A stretch of DNA of 62,830 bases, counting the filler, from Sphacelaria rigidula (taxonomy: Eukaryota): NCBI GenBank assembly GCA_964200075.2. It is 5 parts of 5 records of this genome, joined end to end, with 100 filler letters (N's around TTAATTAATTAA, not from the genome) between each part and the next. Parts side by side here need not be neighbours in the genome. Positions count along the whole stretch, not along the records: positions 50,346 to 62,830 come from CAXNAA020003714.1; 4 more parts are not named here. The stretch is one strand, 5' to 3'. A program made the position numbers and the translations under genes. Positions 51,174-62,830 of this stretch are shown here, one piece after another; position 1 is the stretch's first letter, and every line of letters starts with the position of its first letter. The notes under the pieces were generated by a model that did no database searches, was not told where the DNA came from, and saw only the letters and a program-made list of their open reading frames with translations.

Positions 51174-52524
51174 CTGCGAGTAACAAAAAACGAAGAGAGG
51201 GAAAACACACAACATACACGATCAACACACGAAGAACAGACCCGTTCGCCCACCCGGAAGTTAAACATACATTTCGCACAAAACTCGAAGGAGCAGGTTT
51301 CATTTATTCAAACAGGCGGGAAACTACCCCCAAAACGGAACCACACGTGGCTGCACGGGGTAAAAAAAACAAATGGTGCAAAACAGATATTAATAGCAGG
51401 GATAATTTGTATTCCAAATATCATCATGATGCCCCAAACCATTTCAACCTTTCAAACCTCGTGGCAATTTCATCTGTTATATCGGCATCGCTTTAGATGA
51501 AAAACTACTTCGTGACCCCGACGACGTACCCTGGCGGCCAAAAGGTTAAAAATAATCCCTTTTTCCCCCGTAGATCAAGGTTATTTTGAGTGTATGGACC
51601 ATCTACCTCGACCCGTTAGAACCTCAGCCTCCTCTGATGAATTTCTTGCATCAACGAAAACACGCGAAAAGCAACTACTATGGGTGAAAAATATACGTGA
51701 GTTAGACCACCACGGTCTACTGCTTAGAAATCGCGGCAGACACGGTTTTCTTGGGGGGGAGGGGAGGGGGGGACAACTTGATCCTCGCTGTTGAAAGACG
51801 TTGACGTCGTGAAAAGCAGGGCAAATTTGACGAATGTGGACGCCGTACGCGAGTGCTAGTCCAATCCGTGATATAGTAGTAGTTAGCGTCTGAACTAATC
51901 ATTTTGTAATTTTTTTTCGTAATTAGCGATTTTCTTGGGCACTTTTCGCTTGACACCGCTCATCACCTTGCGTATCTGAGGATATTTGTATCCGCTCCAC
52001 ATTCCAAGAAAAAATCATCATTAGTAATCAACATTGAGTGACTTACGGGTTGATCGGTCATCAGGGGTCCTGCCACTTTTTGGCCCAGATTTTGATTATT
52101 CGGTATTTTCGATCGATCGAGCCTAATCCGATTATATTTTTGAAGAAACTAAAAGGATTGTTTCTTTCACTCTACCTAGTCATTGCACTAGAGCCGAAAA
52201 ACTGGGTTTTACGGTCAATAACACCTTCCTGATAAACGGGCTATCTACTCGTTTCGCCCGATAACACCAAGGAACACTAACTTGGGCATTGTGTCTTGTA
52301 GACGATATGTTCGTTATACCAAAATTTATCGACGCTAGCACTTTCGAGTTCTATCGAAGTGTAGTACGCGAGAAATTCTTAAAACAACCCGGAATAATTC
52401 TGATGCTGACTACCATACAAAAAACATCAGGGATGTATCGGGGGAGACATTTGTTGACCTCTATTCAATGAGGGCTATTTACCGAATGGTGGGGAACTAC
52501 GGTTCGTACTTGAATGAGGTGCCC

Positions 52525-52740
52525 CCAACCCTCACGCTACCCCCAACCCTAACCCCGATCAAGGCACGAGAGGACCCTCAGACACGGGGTGTGTGGAGGG
52601 TGCCCTAGGCAAAGTGTGCCTTGGCACACCTCAATGCGGCGCCCATTTGGACAAAAACACGTTCTGGGCGAGCTAGAAGCGCTTGGAGCTGTCACTGACT
52701 AACGATCCAGATATGGGTGTTCGTTTTGAAATCAAGTAAT
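52525..52740 (+). repeat. Family T (CCCTAA-headed) copy
   Basis: cccaaccctcacgctacccccaaccctaaccc followed by the conserved body ending aaatcaagtaa. Confidence 0.7.
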
Positions 52741-53687
52741 ATTATTCCCGACCATTTGGTAAATTCTGTTGCCACCATGAGCGGTGACCGAGTCACCACT
52801 GCATATGGCGAGGCACGAGAAAGGTTTGTATGACGAAGCTCACGTGCGCGTTCATGTCAGTCCTTGCAGCAGACACACGACACCCCACAACTCCAACACG
52901 CCTGCTCAACCATGGACATAGACTACTTCACTCATGACAAAAAGCTCATAAAATAAAGGTTGCCCATGTGTCTGATTTAGTGGCCAGGGGGTATAAAATG
53001 ACAGTTGTCGCGTACAAATGCTAGAGTACAATTGCCCGCGCGACTTTCAGGCCGTATAATCGGAACAGAAAGCCTTGGCGCTACAAGACTAGATTTCATG
53101 GCAGTCACCGATCTCGATCTGTACGCAGATCGGGGAATCTCAAATCGGGAAACGCGTTTTACGGACCCTAATATGGGCCAGATCCGGGAAGAAAAAATCG
53201 GGACGTCACGATTTGACAACGGCCTCCCCCCCATTTCTTGCCAAAATCGCGGGAGAGTCGAAGTTCCCCCAATCTGTAGTACGTGCGGTGACGTACAGTG
53301 ATAGAGCAACAGGCATTTGGTATTTTTTCAAACGCGGCAGAAGACAGTCTCGTGACAGCGCAGGCCGTGCCTGCCCGCGCCAGTCGCTAGAGCAGCTTCG
53401 CACGGGGTTTGACAAGCGGAACTCAAGTGTTGACGCTGTACCCTATGGCGATGGTGATATATTATGCTGCACTGGGCTGCCATTTGCATCAGAATAGCGA
53501 ACGGTGCTGTACTATCCTACTCTGTGGTCGTTGTACTGGCAGGGTCATGTACGCCACTGCACTGCCGAACTATTCTCGCACGCTTTTCACTGTTTTCGCA
53601 GTACCAACTGCGTCATAATGTATTACCACACGGAATTATCGTGTGCTGTGATACTAGAATGCACTGCAATATGAAACCCATCTGATA

Positions 53688-53872
53688 CTGAGAATCTTTG
53701 GGCGAGGCGGGTGCAGAATGTTCCCTAGGCAAAGCGTGACATTGGTAGACCTCAGATCGGCGACGCATGCGCCAATTTGGATTCAAAAGCGTTCTGCGCT
53801 CGCCAGCAGCACTTGGGGCTGTCGGCCTCACTACAGAGTCGAATATTATTGTTCAGCCTAAAATCAAGTAAC
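53688..53872 (+). repeat. Family T copy (head missing)
   Basis: gagaatctttgggcgaggcgggtgcagaatgttccctaggcaaag...aaaatcaagtaa. Confidence 0.7.
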
Positions 53873-54189
53873 ATAATTGCGGGAAAGTTTTAGTCGACTA
53901 TATGATCGACATTCCTGCCAACAATCCATGTAATCGCACGGTACTGGGGCTGGTTGTACTGCACTCACGACGAAACGAAAATGTGTGTGGCAACGGCCCT
54001 GTGGGCCCAGACCCCACTGTTCACATACAGATGTGTCTTTCATCAGCACGACTATTCCGATCCCTCCCCCAAGCTGCCAAATAGCCAGGCCGATCGAAGA
54101 GGCCACCATACGGCTGGGTGCAGGAAGCTCGAGGTCAGTTAACCACTTGATCGCATTGGAAATCTCTCGGAAATATGTTATCTCGAACT

Positions 54190-54405
54190 ACGCTAACCCT
54201 AATCTCAACACAAGTCATACCGAGAACCCTCGGACGAGGGGGGTGCAAAGTGTTCCCTAGGCCAATTGTGGCGTTAGTAGACCTTCAATCGGCGCTGCAG
54301 GCGCCGATTTAGACAAGAATGCGTTTTGCGCGCGCTAGGAAGACTTGGGACTGTCAGCCCCACAAAAGTTCGACATATCGATGTTTCCACTTAGATCCAA
54401 GGTAC
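54190..54405 (+). repeat. Family T copy
   Basis: ctaaccctaa..ccgagaaccctcggacgagggggtgcaaagtgttccctagg. Confidence 0.75.
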
Positions 54406-56004
54406 AAAATTCCAGGAAAGTTTCGTCCGACGAAGACGTGAACTCTGTTGGGACGCTCAACCATTTCAGTATATATCGTCAGAGGATGTCCGAGAAAACG
54501 GTGTGAAAGTCTTGGAGATATGTGGAGAATGGCAGTTGAATGCGTTATTGGTCATTTGATATCCTTGCGAGCGCCAAGTCAGACAAAAATACAAACTTTT
54601 TCAAAAGCAATATCTTTTCGACACAGACGAGTTGGGCCGTGATCCGCACATCGCATTAATCGTCTAATCAAGGGTAAGACCACGTGCTCAAAAGTCTGGG
54701 TTGATGTTCTTGTTGATTAAAACCCATGTCTATTAGTTCCTATACCGTACGAAACATAGGCTTCATACTCAAGTCCATATGAACCCCGAACGATACATTC
54801 AGCGGATGATGGCGATTTTTGGTGTGGATATTCCCTGGAGCATGGGGAAACGATCGATACTCTGACCTTCACCTAGTTTGTTACCTATTTAGAGATATGG
54901 CACACATACTATTCCACACTAACATCGATATAATACGAGCAGAGGCACTAAATGCACCCATTCTGGATTTCGCGTCTCAGTTCTTGAGAGTTGTGCTTTG
55001 ACATTTGATATGGAAAATCGTCAGGGCATCATGAAAAAAATGTCCAGCTCTGAAGAAAAACATTTTTCTTGAAACTTTTTCGTATTCTTGAGGCGTTGAG
55101 AGGAAAAATTGACATGGTTCTTGGCCACTACCTTAATTTCTCAGCTCTCAATTAGAATTGTTATTAGAAACGTAGCATGGAGAATCACAAAGGCATACTG
55201 CAAAACAGAGCCGAGAGGTGAGTGTATTCTCGTGAAAGAAAGGTCTCGACGATACTCAAACGTCCTGAACTGGTGAAAAAAATCAACATATCCCAATTTT
55301 TTGGTTCATTATGCCCTCGCGAGGTCCGACACAAAATTTCAAAGCACAAGTACCAAACCTGGGCCGGTAAATGACCTGCAAGATACTGCTCCGAATTTCG
55401 ACCGACCCGGTTTTTAAATGGCCTGTTCTCACGTCAATTTTGAGAGATGGACTTCAAAAGTTGGTACGGAGAATGAGCAGGGCACGATGAAAAAGTGAAA
55501 TCTGGACGGTAAGTTTCTTCTTCTTCTCCAAGTTGAAGGCAGTAACCAGTTTTTAGTAAAAAACCATCAACTCATGAAAAAAAAAGGAATTACCGTCCGG
55601 AAATCTTTTCATCATGCCCCGGTCATTCTCCGTACCAAAGTTTAGAGTCCAACTCTCAAAATTGAGGTGAGGCGGGGCCTGCAAACTATAAATTCGCGTC
55701 TGGGATGGACCAGCTCGTAAGACGATACAGCAGTCCATGGTCGTGGTTGAGAACGGGGGTTCGAGTTTTGGGGCGTCGTCTGACTGCTGCGAAGAATCAT
55801 AGCGGCGCGCCGCTAGGCTAGGCCTTGTAAAACCTTGCTACACGCCGCATCACCTACTTTGGTGGCGCGGTCGCCACTCGTGACGGTACAGTATCGACCT
55901 ACTCAATATAGACACGCGGTACTGTACTCTACTCTGTACCGTATTCATGTGGGTGGCAACCATTTGAGTATGTCGCAGTTCTTGGGGTCATTCTGTCCAT
56001 GGTC

Positions 56005-56203
56005 GATGTTTCTTGATTTGAGTGTTGACATCGAGATTCGGATCTGTAGTGTGTTTGACAATCCCAAGCGCTTCCTAACATACGTCGCATACGTAGAACG
56101 CCTTTTTGTCTACTAACGCATCCTTTGCCTTCGACACTCTATGCACCCCCCCTTGCCCCAGGGTACCGGAAATGCCTTGGGTTCGGGTTACGGTTAGGGT
56201 TAC
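56005..56203 (-). repeat. Family T copy, inverted
   Basis: The - strand reads taaccctaaccgtaacccgaacccaaggca..ggggggtgca..aggcaaagg..gcgcttggg..gatccgaatctcgatgtc..aaatcaag. Confidence 0.7.
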
Positions 56204-56349
56204 CGTTATTTCACATCTGCCATCCATGGATATCATGGTCCCGTCTCGACTGCTCCGAGTCAACGGGTTGTAAACACAGACATAAACACAAGCGGAAACG
56301 CAAACAGGCATATCTTCGAGTGGGCATTGAGTGAGATGAGACCGCGCAC

Positions 56350-56501
56350 CTGCAAATGCCCAGTGAAACATCCACTCCGCCTCCTTCATTCCCGCCGGTC
56401 GATGGAAGTCACCCTTGAGAGCGAACAATGTTGTCCCCACCAAGCCGCCTGCATCGTCTCCGTATGCCAGCGCAAATCCCACTAGCCACCAGCATAATGC
56501 A
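56350..56501 (-). CDS. AMT: Ammonium transporter, exon
   Basis: ALCWWLVGFALAYG..GGLVGTTLFAL..EWMFHWAFA; cccAG and G|GTGCG sites; spliced over a 5.2-kb intron to give FHWAFAATSVTIVSGA. Confidence 0.93.
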
Positions 56502-56809
56502 CTGGGTTCGAAAACAATGGGGTTTTACAAAACGCGTTCGTTTTCAGATGGGGGGGAAGGGGGGGGCATCAGTGCGCAACCACGGAGAGCAGCGCCAGAT
56601 GATGTTACAAGGAGAGAGAAATTTACCAAAACGTGGCTATCTCTGACGTTCGTGGTAACATAGGAACGTGTTGACGCAGTGCCAGCGAAACACAGGAATA
56701 AGCCTGGGACACACAAGATGCTTCTCCCCTACCCTACACGAGTGATTTAGACCCTGCTTTGTTTCACGATCTGTACTGTACCTACCCCTTTATTCATGTT
56801 ATCATGAAC

Positions 56810-57700
56810 GGGGGGGGGGGTACGCATTTGTTGCTTGCCTTACTCATTTGGTCATGGACCACGCAACTCTTTCGGGCGGAGCGCACCGTTTCCACTCCTA
56901 CCAGAGATACCTCCTACATTTGGGCACTTTATCGTTCTTCCACACACTACACAAAATCTTGAAGGTATCGTATCCCCTTCCTGCTTCTTTCTTTTGTCCC
57001 CTCTCTGTTTCACCATCTATCCCCTTCCTATTTTTCCGTCTGTGGCTACCATCGATCTCCCGGTATACCGATCGATTTATCGCCACTATTTTTTGGCATC
57101 AACATGCCTATTCCTTGTGTAGTTCATATTCTGCCGTTGTATGAGTTCTACTCTCCATTGCTTTGCTACGGGGGCAATCGTGTGCCCCTACTTTTCCTCC
57201 ACCCGACTACAGGTATACCTCCTTCTTTCTGGCAGGTCCAGATCTCTCACCCGAAATCGCACTTTCAACTTTTTTCTGTGTCCAGTGGACCATATAGATA
57301 TCTTTTCATCTCTATCCCCTCTCTCAACCCCCGTATATCTTCAGGTGCTCTTCCTCGTCCACTTTCCGTCCTAGCGCTTGTTTTCCCGTATTTTCATCAT
57401 GTATCTTACCTTCGTCTTGTACCCCCCACATTCACCTACGGGCATTATCTTGTCTTGGTTTCCTATATTCTTCCATCATTTCTACACTATGGTACCCCCC
57501 GCCTCAATCAGTCTACCCTTTCGTTACTTTCTTCCATACGGCTGGCAATCTCTCTCTTGGTATGTTTTTAATATTATATTGCTGTTTCAGTTTCTCATGT
57601 CCCTGTTTGTTTCAAGTGGGTACACTCCCAAATCTGCTTTCAATACCCAATCCCCAATCATTCTTGAGTATCCGAATACTCTCTTAGCTAGTATCATGTA
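56810..57700 (-). mobile_element. Longest (5'-truncated, decayed) copy of the C-tailed LINE family
   Basis: Purine-rich degenerate ORF on - (..EEEHLKIYGG.., ..LCSVWK.., PNVGG.., RKSCVVHDQMSKASNK) running directly into the conserved terminus and C11. Recalled as resembling the C-terminus of a common brown-algal LINE ORF; not verified by search. Confidence 0.7.
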
Positions 57701-58659
57701 CCCGGGGGGGCAGGGGGGCGATAACATGATACATGGTCCGTAAACTTGAAGGAACTCGGAAACTACTCCAGCACGAGACAGCGGTTTGGATCATGACTGT
57801 TTTTTGCTACTCTAACAGCTCCGTTTGTCCCGTGAAGGGGGGGGGGCGAGGGCAGCTACCTGCACATAGCCGCAGGCAGCGATTCTTGAGACTTTCTCGC
57901 GGAAGTCGGGGTTTTTTCGTCGATCATCGATTTCGGTCACTTACAGAGGGCGATGGCAGTCACGGGAACAGAATCGGCAAGGGCACGTACAAGATCCCGC
58001 GACAGACATTAGAAGAGACGGCGTTCGAGCTGTGCCGAAATTCGTAGCAATACCATGTACGGAGAATTGCTTTGGCTGTGCACAATCATGATACTCACGG
58101 CAAATCGGTTGTTTGTAGAGCACGGTATGGAAGCCAACGCGTTCAGGAACGAGTCGTCACCGACAATCGGAAATTTCTCTCAACTCATCCCGCCGTGTGA
58201 ACGATCAAGGCCTAGATGGGCCGGAAAATCCTCCTCAAAAGATGAGACACATGCGTTTTCATGGCGCCAGGGGTGAAATTTTGGTGCAAAAAATGGAGCG
58301 AATTCCTAGCTACTGTACAAATAACAAAACTCTTTCCCCACGCAATCAACAACGCTTGAACTGCGGGGCATCTTGGGATGTTTATGCTTACGGTACAGCT
58401 GGAGAATTGATTCATCCCATAGATGTCCCGCGCGAAAACAAAAAGCCCGCTGGCGGCATAAGAAGTAAACGGTTATTGACCCTTTCATCCCCAGGGCGGA
58501 TCATCTGAGGGGTCGGCGTCGTTTTCATCTGGAAAATGAAATGCAAGATGGAGGATGACCCAACCCGACGGTCAAATGAGGGGTAGAGAGGACACGCTTA
58601 CGAGTGCAGGAGTCGAACGATGAACATGCCGTCAGCTGAAGTGTAACGCCAAAGGCAGT

Positions 58660-58745
58660 TATTGATTGATTGATTGATTGATCGTCGCACTTATACTAAC
58701 CCCCCAGGGGTCCAGCCGTGGTCGCATGATAGATGTACCCAAGAA
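58660..58745 (-). mobile_element. RTE-type 3' tail with (ATCA)n
   Basis: The - strand reads gggtacatctatcatgcgaccacggctggacccctggggggttagtataagtgcgacg(atca)n. Confidence 0.75.
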
Positions 58746-58849
58746 AATTATTGGGAGGAAATCTCTCACTCAGTCGGTTAGATACAAGGAGATCTGTCCG
58801 CACCCCAGAAGGACGCCGGAGAGCTCGAACAAACGAAAATAAGAAGCCT

Positions 58850-58947
58850 GCTGTGTTGACCTTCCTCCTGTGTGACCCCGGCTGATGCGCCCATATATCC
58901 CGAATGGTGTAGACTGGCGTCCAGAATAGATGGGATGACGACACACT
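58850..58947 (+). mobile_element. 3' end of SINE family S1 (or of its partner LINE)
   Basis: gtgtgaccccggctgatgcgcccatatatcccgaatggtgtagactggcgtccagaatagatgggatgacgacacac. Confidence 0.75.
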
Positions 58948-59741
58948 TTGTGGGCTCAGTCGGCCAGGCGCTCTTGGTAAAACATTTCCATGTCAAAACC
59001 CTCGAGGGTTTCCGGTGTGCCTGTCCAACGATGCACCCATGGTCATGAATCGGCATCACTCAATATGCGTTGCATGAGTGAGTCCGCGATGGATAATATC
59101 ATGCGAGGACAATCGAAGGTCTTCAGTCCAAGCCAACTATCGTAGAGACCTTGAGTTTTTTCAGACCTTTATTTCCGTTCATGAAAAAACTCAGGTCGCC
59201 CGAACGAAGTCGGCGGCGGGGATGCATCAGGTAGTCGGAATGGAACATCTCTGCAGGAGTCAGAAGGTTACTCATCAACGGTACCTCGAAATGTCCCTAA
59301 TTCGCTGAACCAACCGCCTGGATCTCCTGCTGGCCGTGGCGCAGGCAGGGCAACAGAGGGAGCGGAAGTTCATCCGCAGGTGGTCACGGTTGTGTCCGTT
59401 GTGTTATTGTGGAGGCCCTGACGGGCGGTTCAGAACCGAGACATGTAACCTTTCATTATTTGTCAGGGTTATTGCAATAAACGTGGGGTTGTTGGGAGGA
59501 AGGAGATGGACCTCCCTCCTGTTTTTTCAGGTACGTGAACAACAAAAAAGGCATCACACGCCGCAGCACGTACACTCCCAACAGCAAATGTCTCGTCTGC
59601 TGTGTTCGAGCATGATCGCACGCATGGGCAGTGCCTGGAGGGCTGGCTGGTTCGTGTGCAGAGTGATACCGCCGGAAACACTTGTCCAGTACAGTATTTT
59701 CTTGTCAAGTCATGTGTACGAGTACACCTTCTCTCCCCCAT

Positions 59742-60172
59742 CCACTGCGCCCAGTTGACAGGGGACTAAAGTGGGCTCGACGCTCACACTGCCTTGAGCA
59801 AAGCTTTCCGGACGCTCGAGGCGCCTACCCCACACCACTGCCGCAGGGCGATCTAGCCCAGCCTCCGGGTAATCGGCACACGAATCCGTTCGGGGGGTAA
59901 CTGTTGGGTGAGGTTTCCTCTTTTTATTCAAGGGAAAATATATATTTCCTTCTTCTGCGCTCCGTTTTTGTCAAGTTTGCTCTGTTTTCTTTTATTTTCC
60001 CCTGTCCTTTGCCTTTGCCAAGTTTTCTCCAGCGAGTGCTTCTGTTTTGTCTACCTTGGGTACCACTCTGGGGAAATCTATAGTATCTTGTCAGCACGGC
60101 TGCATCTCTGGCGGATCAGTCATAATACTTAATAGTTAATGTGCGGTAATCAACCAATTGATCTATCAATCT
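59742..60172 (+). mobile_element. SINE family S2 copy with RTE-derived tail
   Basis: S2 head/body, then a pyrimidine tract, then cacggctgc..agttaatgtgcggtaatcaaccaattgatctatcaatc. Confidence 0.65.
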
Positions 60173-62830
60173 GTACCGTAGGTAGGATGCACAGAGCAAC
60201 GAGCGTGATATTAAAACTGAGTAAATAAATGAATGTGGACGATAACCTGTTGTACTACTGTACTGTGTGAAACCAAAAATGTTTAATGGAATTCATGAGG
60301 GAACTATGCATATACAACGTAGTACGGTTGTACCGTATATCGCACGTAGGATAGTTCAGTACAATAAAGTTATGGGGGTGAATGAAGGTCTTACCGACCA
60401 AAAATCCGCTTCCCACAAGAAAAAATTGAATGCGGACGGATATTCAAGACGTGATGAAGACGTCATAGACTGGTCGGGCCTGTGCCGAACCTCTGCCGAA
60501 AATGACACACGCTCCATCCCAAGTTACACAGGTCTAGTATGCGACATATGTAATTTTTTTTCATCACAATTATCTCGAGACAGGAAGCACAGCGGCCTCT
60601 GGATCTTCACAGCCCCCAGCACACACAGAACACCTATTCAGCAGCGCAAGCAGATTTGCTCCATTCGCCACAGGGGATCCAAAAAGCCCCAGAACGTTGC
60701 AGGGAACGCGTTTATCAGAACACTTTGTGTTTGGTGCAGCGGTTTCTAAAGTGCTAGGCACGCGTACGGAAATCTGTCGCCACACTGATTAGTTCCGGTG
60801 TATGGGAAGCGCACGCATCAAACCGCAGTCGAATCCTCTGCCTGGTTGCCGAGAAAATAGAGTTGAAAAATCGGCAGTTGTGAGTTGAGGACCAGCAGCT
60901 TTTGCCGAGATGAAAAATGGGAAATTCTCGGAAGCACGGTGTTTCGAAGTTCAAGAGAAAATCGAAATCCCGCGAAGCATGAGCGAAGTACAAGGAAAGA
61001 ACCGGTCAAGACTTGACCTGTGCCCTGGCGGCCGCGCGCAAGTTCAAGGCGGCGCCTCAACGCGCAGAGGAGGCTGAAAAAGAACTCAAGGCTGCTACCG
61101 AAAGGCTCAACGCGGTCACCGAAAAGTTTGACGCGTCTGTTTCATGTCGGAGTGTTGGGTCCAGTGCATTCGCTAAGCCGGTGCGCCCAATTTTAATTGC
61201 GGTCCTTTGGTCCTTTCACAGTCGGGAGACAGCAATGATGTTTTCCGTAACTGACTGTGAATACTAACAGCAATATGTGAACCATGCAACATGGGACAAG
61301 CTGCGTTTTGAAGGGTATGTGTTTGTATCTTCTGTCCCAGTGTTGTTCATTTTCGATAATATGGAGGCGGTGTTTTGGCAACTTAGGCGTGAAGAGAATC
61401 CGCACCTCGTGTCAGATGACGCCGAAACTTGGAGAATGTGTAGATTGGTATTAGAGGAAGGTGTCACAGTCACAGCTGCGGCAGGGGAAGTCGCTCATGG
61501 CTCGGTCTGCATCGACACGGTGGATAATCACCGCGCGCCGATTTTGTTTTTTCAACACCCTGCTGTCTGATGACGATTAAAGTGGGTACAGTGTTGATTG
61601 ATCACGCTGACTGTGCATGGATCCTGCCGGCCTCATCATCAATCGTCGCCGAGTCATGGATTAACGCTTGAAGAAACCCAGCAAACAAGCATCGTTTATG
61701 ATCCGCTATATATATGAGGGTTGGGAGGCGAACGTTTCCGCTCCAAAACGGTCGACAGTCGAAGGTTAAGCTCCTGTCGCGCGACCAGTGGGTAGCGCGA
61801 CGGGCCCTTGCCGGCGTACCTGGTACTGTAGGCGACATCCCGGTACAGACAGTCCCACCACTACCGTCACGGCCGTGCAATCAGGCTGGCAGCCGGAGTG
61901 GGCATTGCACTGGTATTCTTCTGGCCTCATCAACTTAGATTTTTCTCCGCATTGGCTTTGCACGCGAATATTTCGGTGATTGCCTCACTTCCACTTCGGC
62001 CATATTTTTTGGCAACAAGCCACGGTCTCACTGTCCAACTTTATATGTGAAAATGTACAACGATGGACGAGATATTTCTGTTCAGCTTTGAAAAAAGTGT
62101 ACTGCGCACAATACTGGAATCTGTTGTCGACTGCCGAAGGCAGCACGGCGTCGAATGCGCGCAGTATCTGTGAGACGGTCCAGAAATCCCCACGCCGCGA
62201 AAGCTAACAGCACGCTTTCGCGCCATAGCGCCTTTGTCCACAGCGGCCTTTGCCCAACATACGGGCATTGATTATAGGAGCGGATAGCAGCGGAGGCGGA
62301 TTTCACTCACAGCATCGAGCACGTTGTACCGCTACAGGCCTTACTGCTGCGGGTGGTGCGCAGTAAAACACAGGCCGTAAGCAGCATATGATGTGCTGTA
62401 CTGACTGTACTGTTTCACATGTGTTCAGACCAGTGCGCACGGGGTGGGGCCCGCATGTACATAACCCTCCACGAACTTCGTCGTGTACTATCGTCGTGGT
62501 ATGGTGTTTCAGCAGAAATCGCTTGCGATCTATGCTATTAGATAACTCGTAAGTGATGCAGCTTCCTCCACATACGTAATCCGCCCGTGAGGCGAGCTCT
62601 TGATGCTGGAAGTGCCCACCCCTCTTTCCGTGATGATGTCCAGTCTAGGGCTCAGACAATTGAAACCTCGGAATATGACAGTAACTACTAGAAGGTACAT
62701 ATTCTCCGGCACTCATGCCTCCATATTATCGAAAAAGAATAACACTGGTCCTGCCATGTGGTGCTGATTTCTTGTATGCGCTTGTGTACAAGGGGCAATT
62801 CATTCTCCCAACATAAAGTACCACGAACCA

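Noticed and set aside
57104-57743. Plus-strand hydrophobic ORFs
   Set aside because: Antisense shadow of the purine-rich LINE ORF remnant.

Overview
Eukaryotic, intron-rich and repeat-dominated DNA, most consistent with a brown alga (Phaeophyceae); this is inferred from the repeat families and gene structure. The window is not one locus. It is five scaffolds of 12,487/12,486/12,486/12,486/12,485 nt joined by artificial 100-nt linkers (N44-TTAATTAATTAA-N44), so adjacency across linkers means nothing. Supportable genes, all partial and spliced: an LRR protein (+, 3 exons, 2626-6404), an MCM8-like helicase exon (-, 34528-34698), an AMT1-type ammonium transporter (-, 3 exons, 50416-56501), a Gly/Pro-repeat membrane protein first exon (-, 48840-49181), a Cys-rich terminal exon with a hydrophobic tail (+, 23739-23954), and a weak membrane-protein candidate (-, 912-1614). 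The rest is decayed mobile DNA: a Ty1/copia element, an RTE-type LINE, a second LINE family ending in poly(C), a Helitron, tRNA-derived SINEs, and several MITE families. The most unusual signals are (i) an array of ~9 piggyBac-type ~100-bp MITEs chained through single TTAA sites in mixed orientation, starting ~20 bp upstream of a tRNA-SINE head (the same geometry recurs at a second site), and (ii) a C-tailed LINE family that appears to insert at G/C runs, including 28-bp copies with target-site duplications. No prokaryote-type system (CRISPR, operon) is present.
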